Positions 28,532 to 42,611 of a DNA stretch of 64,000 bases are shown piece after piece. The notes under the pieces were generated by a model, which was not told where the DNA came from, did not search any database, and saw nothing but the letters and a program-made list of their open reading frames with translations. Position numbers and translations under genes: made by a program. The stretch's first letter is position 1; each line of letters begins with the position of its first letter. The DNA is from Eledone cirrhosa (lineage: Eukaryota): the NCBI GenBank assembly GCA_964016885.1, contig OZ024747.1, forward strand, positions 25,730,001 through 25,794,000. The letters are read 5' to 3'.

Positions 28532-31500
28532 AAATTATTGTGTACAGTGCTCAGGTGCACTACAACTCATGTTGGTATTGGTAGTAGTGGTGGTTGTTGG
28601 TGTGATGTTGGGGGTGTATCAGTGGTAGTGGTTGTAGTGGGGGTGGTGATGGTTGTGGTAGTGGTGATAGTTGTAGTAGCAATGGTGATGGTGGTGGTGG
28701 TGATTGTAATAGGGGTGTTTGTTGTAGTAGCTATGAAGGTGTGGTAGTGGTGATGGTTGTGATACTACCCCACCTATCACCACTACCACAACCAACACCA
28801 CTTCTACAACAAACGCTACTACTACAACCATCACTACCACAACCAACACCACTACTACAACCATCACTACCACAACCAACACCACTACTACAACCATCAC
28901 TACCACAACCACAACCAACACCACTACTACAACCAACACCACTACTACAACCATCACCACTACTACTACCCTCACTACCACTACTACAACCACAACCGCT
29001 ACTACAACAACACTACTACGAAGACCGTAAAGGACCGTAACTCTGTGCTGCAAAGCATGGTCTCTGGTGCTCTACTGATACTGTCAACTATTATTAATAT
29101 TATTATATAAGGGCGGTGGATTGGCAGTATCGGTAGAGAGTTGGACGCCATGCTTTCCAGCATAGTTACGTCCCTTTATGGTCTGAGTTCAAATCCCACC
29201 GAGGTTGACTTTGCCTTTCATCCTTACGGGGTCGATAAAATAAAGTACCAGTAATGCACTGTGTAATTGCTGGCCTTGTGCCAAAAGTAGAAACAATTAT
29301 TAATATTATTGTGGGGGATTGGCAGAATCATGAAAGCATCATACAAAATGCTTTGTAGTATTTAGTTACAGCATTGTATGTATTTAGTTCAAATCTTACT
29401 ATGGTCAACTTTGCCTTTTGTGTTGATAACATAGAGTACCAATCAAGTACTGGGTCAATTTAATTGACTTTTCCCTAAAATTGCTGGCTTATGCCTAAAT
29501 TAGAAACCCTTATTGTTGTTATTTAGAATCCTGGCTGGGCCTTACTGTACAATGATTCTAGCAGACATGGGAGCAGAAGTAATTAAAGTCGAGAGACCAG
29601 GTAAGTTTTTTTGCATTTGGCCTTTTTTGTTTCTTTGTACTATTAGTGTATATGTGTGTTTTTGAATATGTGTTTGTGTGAGTGTGTATGTGTGTTTTTA
29701 TATGTGTGTGGATGCATTGCTGAATGGTTAAGAAGTTCACCTTGCAATGATAAGGTCCTAGATTAGATACCATTGTGTGTCATCTTTGACAATTGTTATT
29801 TACTATAGCCTCAGATTGACTCAAATCTTGTGAGGGAAATTGGTCAGACAGAAACTGTATAGAAGCCCATTAAATGGATTATGCTTGTATTTCAAAATGC
29901 CACCCATATCATGCTCTGTGTCATGATGAATCTCCTGAGAATTCCATTATGGGAACACATGACTATGATTTCGATAAAATAAAGTACCAGTGAAGTATTG
30001 GGCTGATTCAATTACTTTCTTTTTCAATCTAAAATTGCTGTCCTTGTGTCTAAATTATAATCCATTATTGTTATTATTATTATTAGAGTGTAGGACACCA
30101 TGCTTTGCAGCATATAATTACGTCCCTTTACATTCTGAGGTTAAATCCCACCGAGGTTAGCTTTGCCTTTCATCATTACAGGGTTGATAAAATAAAGTAC
30201 CTGTACTGCACTGGGGTCGATACAATTGACTTTCTTCTCCCCCAAATGGTCTTGTGCCTAAATCAGAAATAATAACAACAATAATAATATTTCTAGTTTT
30301 GGCACAAGGCCAGCAATTACCCCAGTGTATTACTGGTACTTTATTTTATCGATCCCGTAAGGACACAAAGTCAACCTCGGCGGGATTTGAACTCAGATCG
30401 TAAAGGGACGTAACTATGCTGGAGAGCATGGCCAGTATGTTACTGGTACTTTATTTTATCGACCCTGTAAGGATGAAAGGCAAAGTTAACCTCGGCGGAA
30501 TTTGAACTCAGAATGCAAAGGGCCATAACTCTATGCTACGAAGCTTGGTGTCTGATGCTCTACCGACACTGCCAATTCACTGCCCAAACAACAATAATAA
30601 TAATAATAATTATTATTGTTGTTATTATTATCATCGCGTCTATTATTTCCAGGTTGTGGAGATGACACACGGTCATGGGGTCCACCATTTCGGAGTTCGG
30701 AGAGTACCTATTTCCTCTCAGTCAACCGGAATAAAAAGGTTAGTAATTCTGTGCTTTCTGTGTGTGTGTTGTGTGTGTGTGTGTGTGTCTTTGTGAATCT
30801 TTGTATCTATATCTCTCTCATTCTGCTTCTCCCCCCCTCTCTATATATATGTCTGTGTGTGTTGTGTGTGTGTCTTTGTGAATCTTTGTATCTATATCTC
30901 TCTCATTCTGCTTCTCCCCCCCTCTCTATATATATGTCTGTGTGTGTTGTGTGTGTGTCTTTGTGAATCTTTGTATCTATATCTCTCTCATCTGCTTATC
31001 TCCCCCCCCTCTCTATATATATGTCTGTGTGTGTTGTGTGTGTGTCTTTGTGAATCTTTGTATCTATATCTCTCTCATCTGCTTATCTCTCTCTCTCCCT
31101 CTCCTCCCCCCTCTTTATATTTATGTGTGCGTGTGTGAATGTGTTGCATTGTTTTTGTGAAATTTCCATCATTGTTTTTTTTTAATTTCCAGAGTATTGC
31201 TGTTGATATAAAGACACCCGAAGGAAGAGATTTAATCAGAAAGGTAGCGAGGTCTTTCATTCTATTTCTTTCTTTCCTTGGTTTTATATATGTATGCAGA
31301 CATGGGTTTAACCCTTTAACATTCATATTACTCTATATATACTATTATATTTTCATGGTAAAGGCTTTACCTCACATAATTATCTCACATAATATCGAAT
31401 CTGTGAGATTTTGAAAGTATTTATTTTGAGAACAATACCTTAACATCAGTTTGAGTGACCAGTTACAGCCAGTTTCAACAGAAAAAGGTAGAGAATTCTG

Positions 31501-34483
31501 GCCGGTTTGGGCCGGTTTGAACATTAAAGGGTTAAGAAGTTCACTTCACAATTATAAAGTCCCTAGTTCAATCTCACTGCATCATATCTTGGATAAATAT
31601 CATTCACCATAGATGCTGGTCAATCCGAGCCTTGTAAGTAAAATTGGTTAGATGGAAACTGGAAGCTTGTTGGATAGATGTTGCAGGTCATATTTTTCCA
31701 GCTGAGTAGACTGGAACAATCTGTAGTAAAGTGTCTTGCTCAACAACACAGCACGGGAACTGAACTCATGACTATACAATTGTGAGCTCAACATTTTAAT
31801 TACTATGCTATGTGTCTTCAAATGTAATAGACTTACTGGCAACATTAACAGGTGATGGTGTTTGCACTGATATCATGATGGTAGTGGTGGTGTTAGTGGT
31901 AATAGTGGGAAGTATTATTCAGTTTTAATGATTTTGTTTAATTTGCAAGGAAATTAAATATAAATTAAATATAAATATCAAATATAAATCATATCAAATA
32001 TTTTAAATGAGCAAAAGGTGTACTTTCTCACCTCCTCTATGGCAACTCTGTGAACATATTTCACCTGCCATTATTCTCTCCATACATGATACTCTCTCCA
32101 AATCCTATATACATGTACAGTTGCATACACATATTTACACTCACTGACACCTATACTGATGCATGCATATGTATATGCTTGCTCATAAACAATAATATAT
32201 CATCATTATCATCACTAGCATAGTCGTCGTCATCTTCATCATCATCATAATTTAACTTTTTCCTACTAGCATATATATTTATATATATACTAGTATATAC
32301 ACACTGCACACATGCATACATGGTGTGGTACACAAATGACAATATCATATGAATGACGAACTATTAGTGAACTAAAAGAAAAAATCTGAGCATAAGAGGG
32401 ATTAGATGCAAGGTACAAGAAAGATGACTGTGCTGGTATGGGCATGTAATGCATATGAAGGATGACAGCTGCATAAAAAAATGCAGGGTTCTGAAAGTTA
32501 GAGGTATTTGCAGAAGAGGTAGACAAAGACATCTTGGGATGAAGCGTTATAATATCTTTACTAGTGGATAGATCCTTGTAAAATGTTAAGTAAACTAAAA
32601 TGATTTCAATATTTAATGTAATGTAATGTAGTCATAGTGTTCGTTTGTACTTTTCAAGGTAGTCTTGCTAATGCTGTTTCATGTGGTTTGTTAATCCAAC
32701 TGTTTGACATTGTGAAAATTTTCAATAAACTAAAGTAAATATTTAATGTGGTTTAGACATAATGCTGTTTTGTACTTGCCAAGGTCTTGTTATTGTTGCT
32801 TCATATAGCTTGTTAATTCAAATGTTTTTACTAGTGGACAGATTGTTGTGAACATTTTCAGAAAACTAAAGTAAAAGCTTCAATATTTAACCCTTTAGCA
32901 TTTACATTACTCTATATTTACTATTGTATTTTCAGCATAAAAGAACATACTTATCTCACATAATATCGAATTTATGAGATTTTGATATTATTTATTTTGA
33001 GAATAATACCTTAACATAAATATGAGCAGTAGGTTATGGCCAGTTTCAACAGAAAGAGGTGAGAGAATTCTGGCCAGATACGGCCGGTTTAAATGCTAGA
33101 GGGTTAATGTGATATAGTCCTAGTGTTGTTTTCTACTTTTCAATAATATCTTGGCTATGAAGTTTCATGTGTTACAGGTTGTTACTAGTTAAAGTAAGAA
33201 ATTACATCTTCACAATAAAATATAGCTTTTTATTTTTTCTACCAGCTTTGCCAGACCAGTGATGTCTTGATAGAAAACTATCTGCCTGGGAAACTAACTG
33301 AATTAGGTCTTGGTTATTCAGACATGGCTAAATTAGCTCCACATCTTGTCTACTGTTCCATTACAGGTAAGTAAAGGTGGATGGCTTGGTGGTTAGGGTG
33401 TTCACCTTATACTTGTAAGGTTGTGAGTTTGATTTCTGGTGGTGTATTACGTCAGGCATTTTATTTCATGCTACCCCAGTCCACTCAGATGGAAAAAAAT
33501 TAGCTGTACCTGCAATTCAAAGGGCTGGTCTTGTCACACACTGTCACACTGAATCTCCCTGAGAATTGCATTAAGAGTACATATGACAGTTGAATGCTCA
33601 ATCACTTTCACTTTCATTTCATGATCAAGCTGTACCATTGATCACACAATTAGAATATTTGTTTTCAAAACCAATGGAAATCTAACACACACACGGAGAA
33701 ACTGACAGACAGAGGTGAAGTTTTTGGATTTTAGATGACTCAGTGTTGTCTTAGAGCTTTGGATATTTTGTTAGACAAATCTTCCTCATCTTGTCTACTT
33801 TAACATAGCCGTATCTGGCCAGAATTTTTTCACTTCTTTCTGTTCAAACCAGCTGTAACTAGCTGCTCATATTGATGTTAAGGTATTGTTCTCAAAATAA
33901 ATAATATCAAAATCTTACAGATTCGATATTATGTGAGATAATTATGTAAGTTAAAGTCTTTACCACAAAAATACAATAGTATATATAGAATAATGTAAAT
34001 GCTAGAGGGTTAACACAGATGATCTTTCTTCTAGCTGACTAAACTTAGTCTTGTATTTTCAGATACAGTAAAGATAGCCATTCACCACCACCATCCTCAT
34101 TTTCCATCCATTTTCCATGCTGGCACATGTTGGGGTTGTATGAGATGACATTGTCCAAGACAAAATGGGTTGGGGAATCATGTCTTGCTTACATGTTCCA
34201 TTTTTTTGGATAGTTTCTACTTTGCAGAGAGGAGTAGATGCATTTTATTTTGCCACAAACCAATATATCTAAAAAGTCTTAAGTCTGTTTTCAGCCAGAA
34301 GGCTCATTTGGCCAGTGCTTATCCTGGTTTCATGCCGTGAAGTGACTGAGAGTACAAGACTCCCCCCTGGACAGGACGCCAGTCCATTGCAGGGTTAAAC
34401 CCCCACCTATTGCTGGTACTCATTTTCAGCTGAGTATACTGGAGCAATGTGAAATGAAGTGTTTTGCTCAAGGCCACGTGCCT

Positions 34484-34533
<50 letters not shown>

Positions 34534-37500
34534 CTATCTAACTTGTCTAGTTGTATGACTATCAATTTAGTCATTGAGCTATCTATCTACTTATTACTTA
34601 ACTCTTAACATCATGTAAGGATTTAGAAGAAAAATAATAATTCAAATGTTTATAGTGTCATGCTAAGATTATTTCATGTGGTTTGTTAATTGAAATGTTT
34701 ATAGTATATAAACTGGTGGACAGATCATTGTGAATATTTGCAGTAATACAGTAAAGACTTTGCTTTTTAATGTGATGCAGTCAGAGTGGTGTTTTTTTTT
34801 ACTTTTCAAAAATGTCTTATTAATGGGATTTCATGAGGTACTGGATGTTAAGAGCTAATGTCCAGTTAATGTCCATTCATAGATTGTAACATCAGCTCAG
34901 CCAGTTATTTATTTCACATGTGGTCAGTGTCTGACTGATATTCTACTTTTCTGTCTTCAGGGTATGGTCAATCTGGTCCTTATGCCACAAGACCTGGGTA
35001 TGATATCATTGTCGCTGGACTTGGCGGGTTAATAAATGCAACAGGACCAAAGGTAAGATATAATAATCTATTCTTTTTAAATAATTTTTTTCTTTGCTCC
35101 ATTGGTGTTTCCATTGCTGATACTATCTTTTGGTTGCAAATCTTGGCAAAAGGAGACAATATTTAAACTTAGAATTCACAGAGCTAGATCAGTTACTACA
35201 AAGCATACATTCTGACTTGTAATAATTCCATAATCCACTGCCCCTGGACTGTTACTTTATCAATCGACCCTGAAAGAATGAAAGCCAAAATTGACCTCAA
35301 TGAAAATTGATCTTAGAAGGCATTCATTATGAACAAATACCAAGGCATTTAATCCACCGATCTCAAAACAATTCGACATCTATTTGCTTCAAGTTAGAAT
35401 TAATGTTCTGTTCTATTAACAATGATCAATTTATTTGCACTCACTCCCCCAATATGTTACTAGTATTTATTTATCTAAAGAGATAAAGTGAAGAAGTTTA
35501 AATTTAATTCTAAACTGTTTTGTATATTGTTCTTTAGACTCTGTGTCAACTCCTTGGATATTTCTTATATAGGTACATGGCCAGAAATATTTTGAGGGCA
35601 AGGAACATTTGATTATATAAACTCCTCCAGTATTTAACTGGTACTTACTTTTTGTGTCTATTTCGACCCATAACTCATGAGGAAATCATAGGGGTGCTGT
35701 GGTGAACTCAACTGAGAAGGAAAGAGAATGATAGAATAGTAATATCAAAGTTAGTTATATTACTAAATCACTCCAAATGTTTTTGATTATTTTTGAAATT
35801 ATTTGAAAATCATAGGCAGTTTCTTTCATCAGAAATATAGTATCAAAGGGGAAAAGGGTTAAATAATAAAGCAATATATTATATGAAGTTGTTATCTTGT
35901 ATTTTTCCTAAAGGGTGGTGAACCATGTAAGGTAGGAGTGGCCATGACAGATCTATCTACAGGACTGTATGCCCATGGGGCTATCTTAGCGGCTCTTCTC
36001 ACACGACAGAAAACAGGAAAGGGCCAGTATATTGATTGCAACTTACTCTCAACTCAGGTAAGTTAATTACTATATTTGATAGTAAAAGCATTTAACTTAG
36101 GGTTAGGGTGTTCACCTTATAATTGTAAGGTCATGAGTTTGATTCCTGGCAAGACACTTTATTTTATGTTGCTCCAGTCTATTCAGTTGGCAAAAATGTA
36201 GTATGTGTATTTCAAAGAACCAACTTTGTCACACATTGTGTTGTGCTGAATCTCCCTTAGAACTGTGGAATGCTCAGCCACTTGAACATAGGCAGTTCTA
36301 TTGATCTTTATTGTTAACTATTACACACTCTTATTATTTCCTACACTTATTGATGTTCATCACTCTTTCTCCCTCCCATTACTCCCCTTTCTATCACTCT
36401 GCCATCTCCACCATGGCATTCATTATGTTTTTCTATTCAATATCCTTGTCAACAACCAACATATAGCTGTCTAACAGCATCTCTCTTCCATTACACACTC
36501 TTCTATTACTCGTTGCCCTTGTTATTTTGCTTTTCCCATCATGCTCACTCTTCTATCAACCTCTCAATATCATTTTCTCCCCTTCATCACTCTCTCTATT
36601 ATTTATCATCTTGAATTTATTGCCTTAAATATTAAATAATTAATTTGCACTTAACTTTCTTAGCAACCATGAAATCGCTGAGTGTGGTACCCTGACAAAA
36701 GTTTAATTCAGGTCAATGAGTGTTAGGTATAATGGTCTTCTCTTAACTAGGAACTTTTGTAGTTGTCTCACTGGGAACAGAGCATTGGCCATATTTCGTC
36801 TTGATACAATCCTGGACTGCATTTTATCTCCTCTGTTTTATTTTTGCTTTTCCATGCTTGCATGGTTTGGGCATTTAAGCTTAATCTTAATTAGTTGCGT
36901 TATGTCTCATACTTGTATTTCTATAACTTGTTCCATCAGTTGGATGTATTTGTAATTGCTTCCTTCTAAAGCATAACCCCTACCTTTATAGCAGTTGATG
37001 ATATGGTTATGCTAGTCACCTTCTTGAGCTACCTGACTCTGATCGACTCTCTTATAAAACATAAAACAACAGCACCAACATTGCCATGTTATTTGATCAT
37101 TGCTCTATTTTTACTTTCATTCTCTCTCCTTACCACTAGGTGGCATCATTAGTCAACCTTGCCTCCAACTATCTGAATGCAGGCCTAGACACAACTCGAC
37201 ATGGCACAGCACACCAAAGTATAGTACCGTATCAAGTAAGTAAATTTCTCCTCTAGAATAGTGTAGTTATTGAACAGGAATATGATATAAAGAGGATTGC
37301 TGTTGAATAAATGTACCAGATACACATCAAAAACAGAATTTGAAAAGTAAAACATTATAAAGAGAAAAATTAAAAGTTAAAATTATCCAACCCTCCACAT
37401 ATACATCGTTCATACAACCAATGAATCATAGAGGATGATGGGAATAGAGCCAGTGATGAATGTTCTGCAGAGAAATTGAATGAAATGGTTCGGACATGTG

Positions 37501-39248
37501 CTGATGAAGGATGAAAGTGACTAGAGGAGAGGAATAGAACCAGTGACTAAAGTTGCGAACATACATGGAATGAGATGGTTGGGTCATGTGTTGAGGAAGT
37601 ATGAAAATGACTGGGTAAGAGAAATAGAACCAGTGATGAATATTATGAAGAAAAATGGAATGAGATGTTTAGATCATGTATTGAGGAAGTATGAAGGTAA
37701 CTGGGTGATAGGAATAGAACCAGTGGAATGAGGTGAAAGTGACTGAGTGAGTGGAGTGGTGGAAATGAATGTAGAAGGAAGTAGAGGAAGGGGAAAATGA
37801 AGAAAAACCTGACTAAAGATGATGGGGAAGAAATGAAAGCCAGATATAAGGAGGGGATATAGCCAATAGGGTAAAGTGGAGAAATTTGTCATAGGGCCTG
37901 CAAAGCTAAACCCTGCTTTAATAGAAAAAATGGCCTTGACTTTTTTTTATAGCAATCCAGACAAAAATAGCTCTGGTTCTATGAAACAAAACCTCACATT
38001 TAAAAGGGTTCTTATTAAATTAAAATCTTCCAACATAATTATATATAAGAAAAAATTCTTAAGCTATTATGTTAGTAATGAAATAATTACCAGTCTGGCC
38101 ACAACTGGCTCTGCTTCTACGAAAAAACTCAGACATTTTAAATGGCTCCTATTTAAATTTCAATCTTTCGAGTAAATTTTATATAGGAAACATAAGTTAC
38201 TAATAATAGTACTGAAATAATGAATAATTTTCATAAATCCCTCAAAATTATTAATTAATTAAAATAGAGTGTATTCCATTAGAAATACAGACATGAAATG
38301 GTTAACATACTTGTTGTTTCCTCCACATATTCACCACATCCCTCCCAGGCTCTATCATATTTACATTGCTATCTAATTCTTCTCATTTTGCTCACTCTGA
38401 TCTGATCTAGGCATTTACAACATCTGATGGCTACCTGCTGGTTGGTGCTAACAATGACAATCAATTCAAGGTTCTATGTAAGGTAAGTTGAAATACACAC
38501 ACATATATATATTTATATATATGCAAAAGTTCTATTTAAAATTGTTGGGATACAGCAAGTAAATATTTTATAACTGATATAAAGCACTCGACAAGTTTTT
38601 GGAGTAGATATACGATATTAAATAAATGGAAACTATATTTATAAAACCATATTTATTTCATTATACATATTTCAGGGATACCAAATTAAAATATGGTATG
38701 CCTTCATCAGACAAAATACAATATATAAACAGTTTTATAAATAATTTTGACGTACCCTATTAAATGCAACCATTATTTTTGGAAGCTGTCTGGATAGTGA
38801 GATGTTTATAATTATTTTATTAGTTATAGTGTTAAACACAGTTAGAAAAAGACGGAGATACATTTCTCTCTCTCTGATATTTCTCCAGGTTTTCTTTTTC
38901 TCTCTCTCCTTCTTTTTCTCTCTCTCCGTTTTTTCTTTCTCTGTCTTTTTCTAACTGTGCTTAACACTATAACTAATAAAATAATTACAAACATCTCACT
39001 ATCCAGACAGCTTCCAAAAATAATGGTTGCATTTAATAGGGTACGTCAACATTATTTATAAAACTGTTTATATATTGTATTTTGTCTGATGAAGGCATAC
39101 CATATTTTAATTTGGTATCCCTGAAATATGTATAATGAAATAAATATGGTTTTATAAATATAGTTTCCATTTATTTAATATCGTATATTTATATATATAT
39201 ATTTATATATATATATTTATATATCTATATAAATATATATATATTTAT

Positions 39249-39286
<38 letters not shown>

Positions 39287-42282
39287 TTAATACAATAACA
39301 GAGATAGCTTAAAGCTAAACTCTGACTGGTAACCATCTCACTCAACAAACATTAGGTTATATGTTGGTATAAACCCAATTTAAGTGTTGGGGTGATAACT
39401 ATATGTATTTTGTGGAAAGCCAGTTGTATTATTTTCTGAGATATAATTAAAGTTAAAATATATCTCTCTTTCCAAACAATTGTTTCATTATAAGTTTTCT
39501 ACAAATTGGGAGAATGTTTCCAGTTTATGTAGAAGCCTAACATATATTCATGTAAGAATATATTTAGGTGGGCGCTTATAAATCTTCAGTGGAAGCCCAT
39601 TAAACTTTGATATAAGAAAAATTCTTACCGCAGTTAAAAATCGTGTCTGCTAAGCTGCTCCCTCATGCATCGAATGACCGCCATATTTATATATAATTAG
39701 TTTTTTCAAAAAACATTATCAATCCAACGTGTTAAGAACTCAATTGAAATTAAAAAAATAAATGTATGCGTGTATTAATTACACACACTTATAGATATTT
39801 TCTTAGGCTAAAAACAGAAGTCGTACCTGAATAACAAACCGCATCTCATAACCGTAGTAAATACGGAAAGTTACGCTTTAAAGGGCAATTGGGAATGTAA
39901 ATCTCTGGCCGAATTAAGAGTAAAATATTAAATACATGCGGGTTAATTAGTTATTTCAAAACTAATATCAAATAAGAATATATTTAGGTGGGCGCTTATA
40001 AATCTTCAGTGGAAGCCCATTAAACTTTGATATAAGAAAAATTCTTACCGCAGTTAAAAATCGTGTCTGCTAAGCTGCTCCCTCACGCATCGAATGACCG
40101 CCATATATATATATATATATTTTCAACACAGTTGAAAATTGCAAACTTGACTGCCACGACACAATATGAACCTGAAGATTGCGAAAGCATGAAATTACTT
40201 GTTCAATTAACATTTAACATTTAATATTCTACCATACTATTTCATTCTAATACCATTATAAATTTTAAAGGATTGTAAATAAAACGAATAAATCAGACAA
40301 AGTTGGAATTCCTTTTATTAATATATATATATATATTTATATCATCATCATCATCGTTTCATGTCCATATTCCACGCTTGCATGGGTTTGGACGGGAGTT
40401 TTTCCACTTGAGGCAAGAGTGGTTGTCTTGCTCGCATAGGACTGTCTGGCGGGTTTTCTACGGCTGGATGCCCTTCCTAACACCAACCACGTTTACAGTG
40501 TGGACTGGGAGGTTTTTACCATGTTACCTACACGGCCACATTACAGCGTGGACTGTGTTTTTTTTTGTCATGACACCTACACGACCTCATTTGTTTCGGA
40601 CTGGATGTTGTGGTACCAACATAACTTTACATTGAAAGGGGTGGTGTGGATGGGGTGGGGGTAGTAGGACGGGGGTGTATTTTTGTTAGAGGTGCCTACT
40701 GACTGTAGTAGGTTTCACTTTGTACTTAGGTAAGGCGGGTCATCTGTATTACTGTGTAGCGCCAAAGAACTCGGTCCAGTGACATTGTCTTGGAGAGGTG
40801 TAAGTGTGTGAGGTCGGAATTTATCAAGTCGTCCCAGGTTTTTCTGGGTCTGCCTACTCCGTGGCTAATGTCTATTTTTATTGCCCTGCACTTTTTTATA
40901 CAGCTGTCGTCTTTCATGCGCATCACGTGACCATACCAACGTAGTCTTCTCTCGAGTAAACAACATCTGATCCCTCTTATTTCTAATTTTTCCCTTAGTT
41001 TGTTTATGCTTTGCCGTTCACGTATATTACTATTACACATCCGGCGGAGCATGCAAGCTTCATTCCTCTCCAATCTGCGTATATCCTCTGCACACAATGC
41101 CCAGGTCTCACTGCCATGTAATATTTCTGTTCATATGCAGGCATCATACAGCCTGCCTTTCATTTTTAGAGAGAACCCTTTAGCGGCTAATAGTGGTATA
41201 AGCTCTCTGAACTTTTTCCATCCAGTTCTGACTCTAGCTACTGTACTTTCAGAGCACCCTCCCTCACTTCTGATTTTGTCACCCAGGTAACGGAAGCTGT
41301 CCTCTATTTCTATAGAACCATCTGTGCAATGGAATGAGCTAGTATTTTGTGGGCACTTGCTGCTACTTATTGCACCTGAGCACCGGCCACATGTAAAATC
41401 TATGTTCTTAGTTAGCTTACCTGTGATCTCACTACATCTTTTATGCACCCATACTTTGCATTTGGGATATAAAATGGAGTTTCTACCTACTCCTTTCCTA
41501 CACACTGAGCATGGCCATTTACCGGATGGGACGGTGCCCTATTTTCCTTCCTACAAACTAGAACTTTAGTCTTAGACAGGTTAATTTTAAGGCCTTTTGA
41601 TTCTAGGCCATGCTTCCATGTTTGGAATTTCTTCTCTAGTTCGGCCATTAATTCAGCTATGAGCGTTAGATCATCATCTGCGTATAAGAGTTCCCATGGG
41701 CAGCCGGTCTTGAACTCCACTGTTATAGCCTGAAGAGCAATAATAAATAGTAGGGGGCTAAGAACGGAGCCCTGATGAACACCACATATACATAAACTAA
41801 ACAGAGCCATAGATATATATATGTGGTTTTGGTAACCATTCACGATTTGACTCAATGACGAATTAATTAATTAAATAATCGACAATCAGAGCAATATACA
41901 AGAAAGTATGTCCATAGAATCATTTGATAAAATATATACAGTATTTCCTCTCCCAATCAGCATAATCAACCACACAAAAGTCAATTAAACAAGGCTATAA
42001 GATTAAAAGGCAGGCACCTATGAAGAAACAATAGATAAATAAACGATGGCTATTTTATTCGCGATCAACAGCCACAGAATATTTACCTAGTATTTCTAAT
42101 AGCCCGTGGAAATCGATTAGATATATAGCCAATCCATACACAATTAGGTACAAAATAAAAGTTAGAAGAAAAAATGTACATTATAGCCTTGTTTAATTGA
42201 TTTTTGTCTGGTTGATTATGCTGATTGCGAGAGGAAATACTGTATATATTTTATCAAATGATTCTATGGACGTATTTTCTTG

Positions 42283-42320
<38 letters not shown>

Positions 42321-42560
42321 TATAGCAGTAATAAACGATATATATATATATATATAAATATATAGCAGTAATAAACGAAGCTAAATTTTAATCATTTGAC
42401 TTTTATTTAACTTTATTTTACACTACTCCGGAGTAACCAAACCAACCTGCGCACTTCGTCGAGTGCTCCAGCCTGCATACTGAGGTGTTGGTATACAACC
42501 AACATAAACTCAAAATCTATATATAAATATATATATATATATATATAAATATATAAATAT

Positions 42561-42611
<51 letters not shown>

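Larger units (their letters stand above)
27195..30585. mobile_element. At least eight copies of the same SINE in both orientations around exon 3
   Basis: + copies near 27195, 27797, 29110, 30085; - copies near 28105, 28340, 30285, 30433. Confidence 0.85.
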
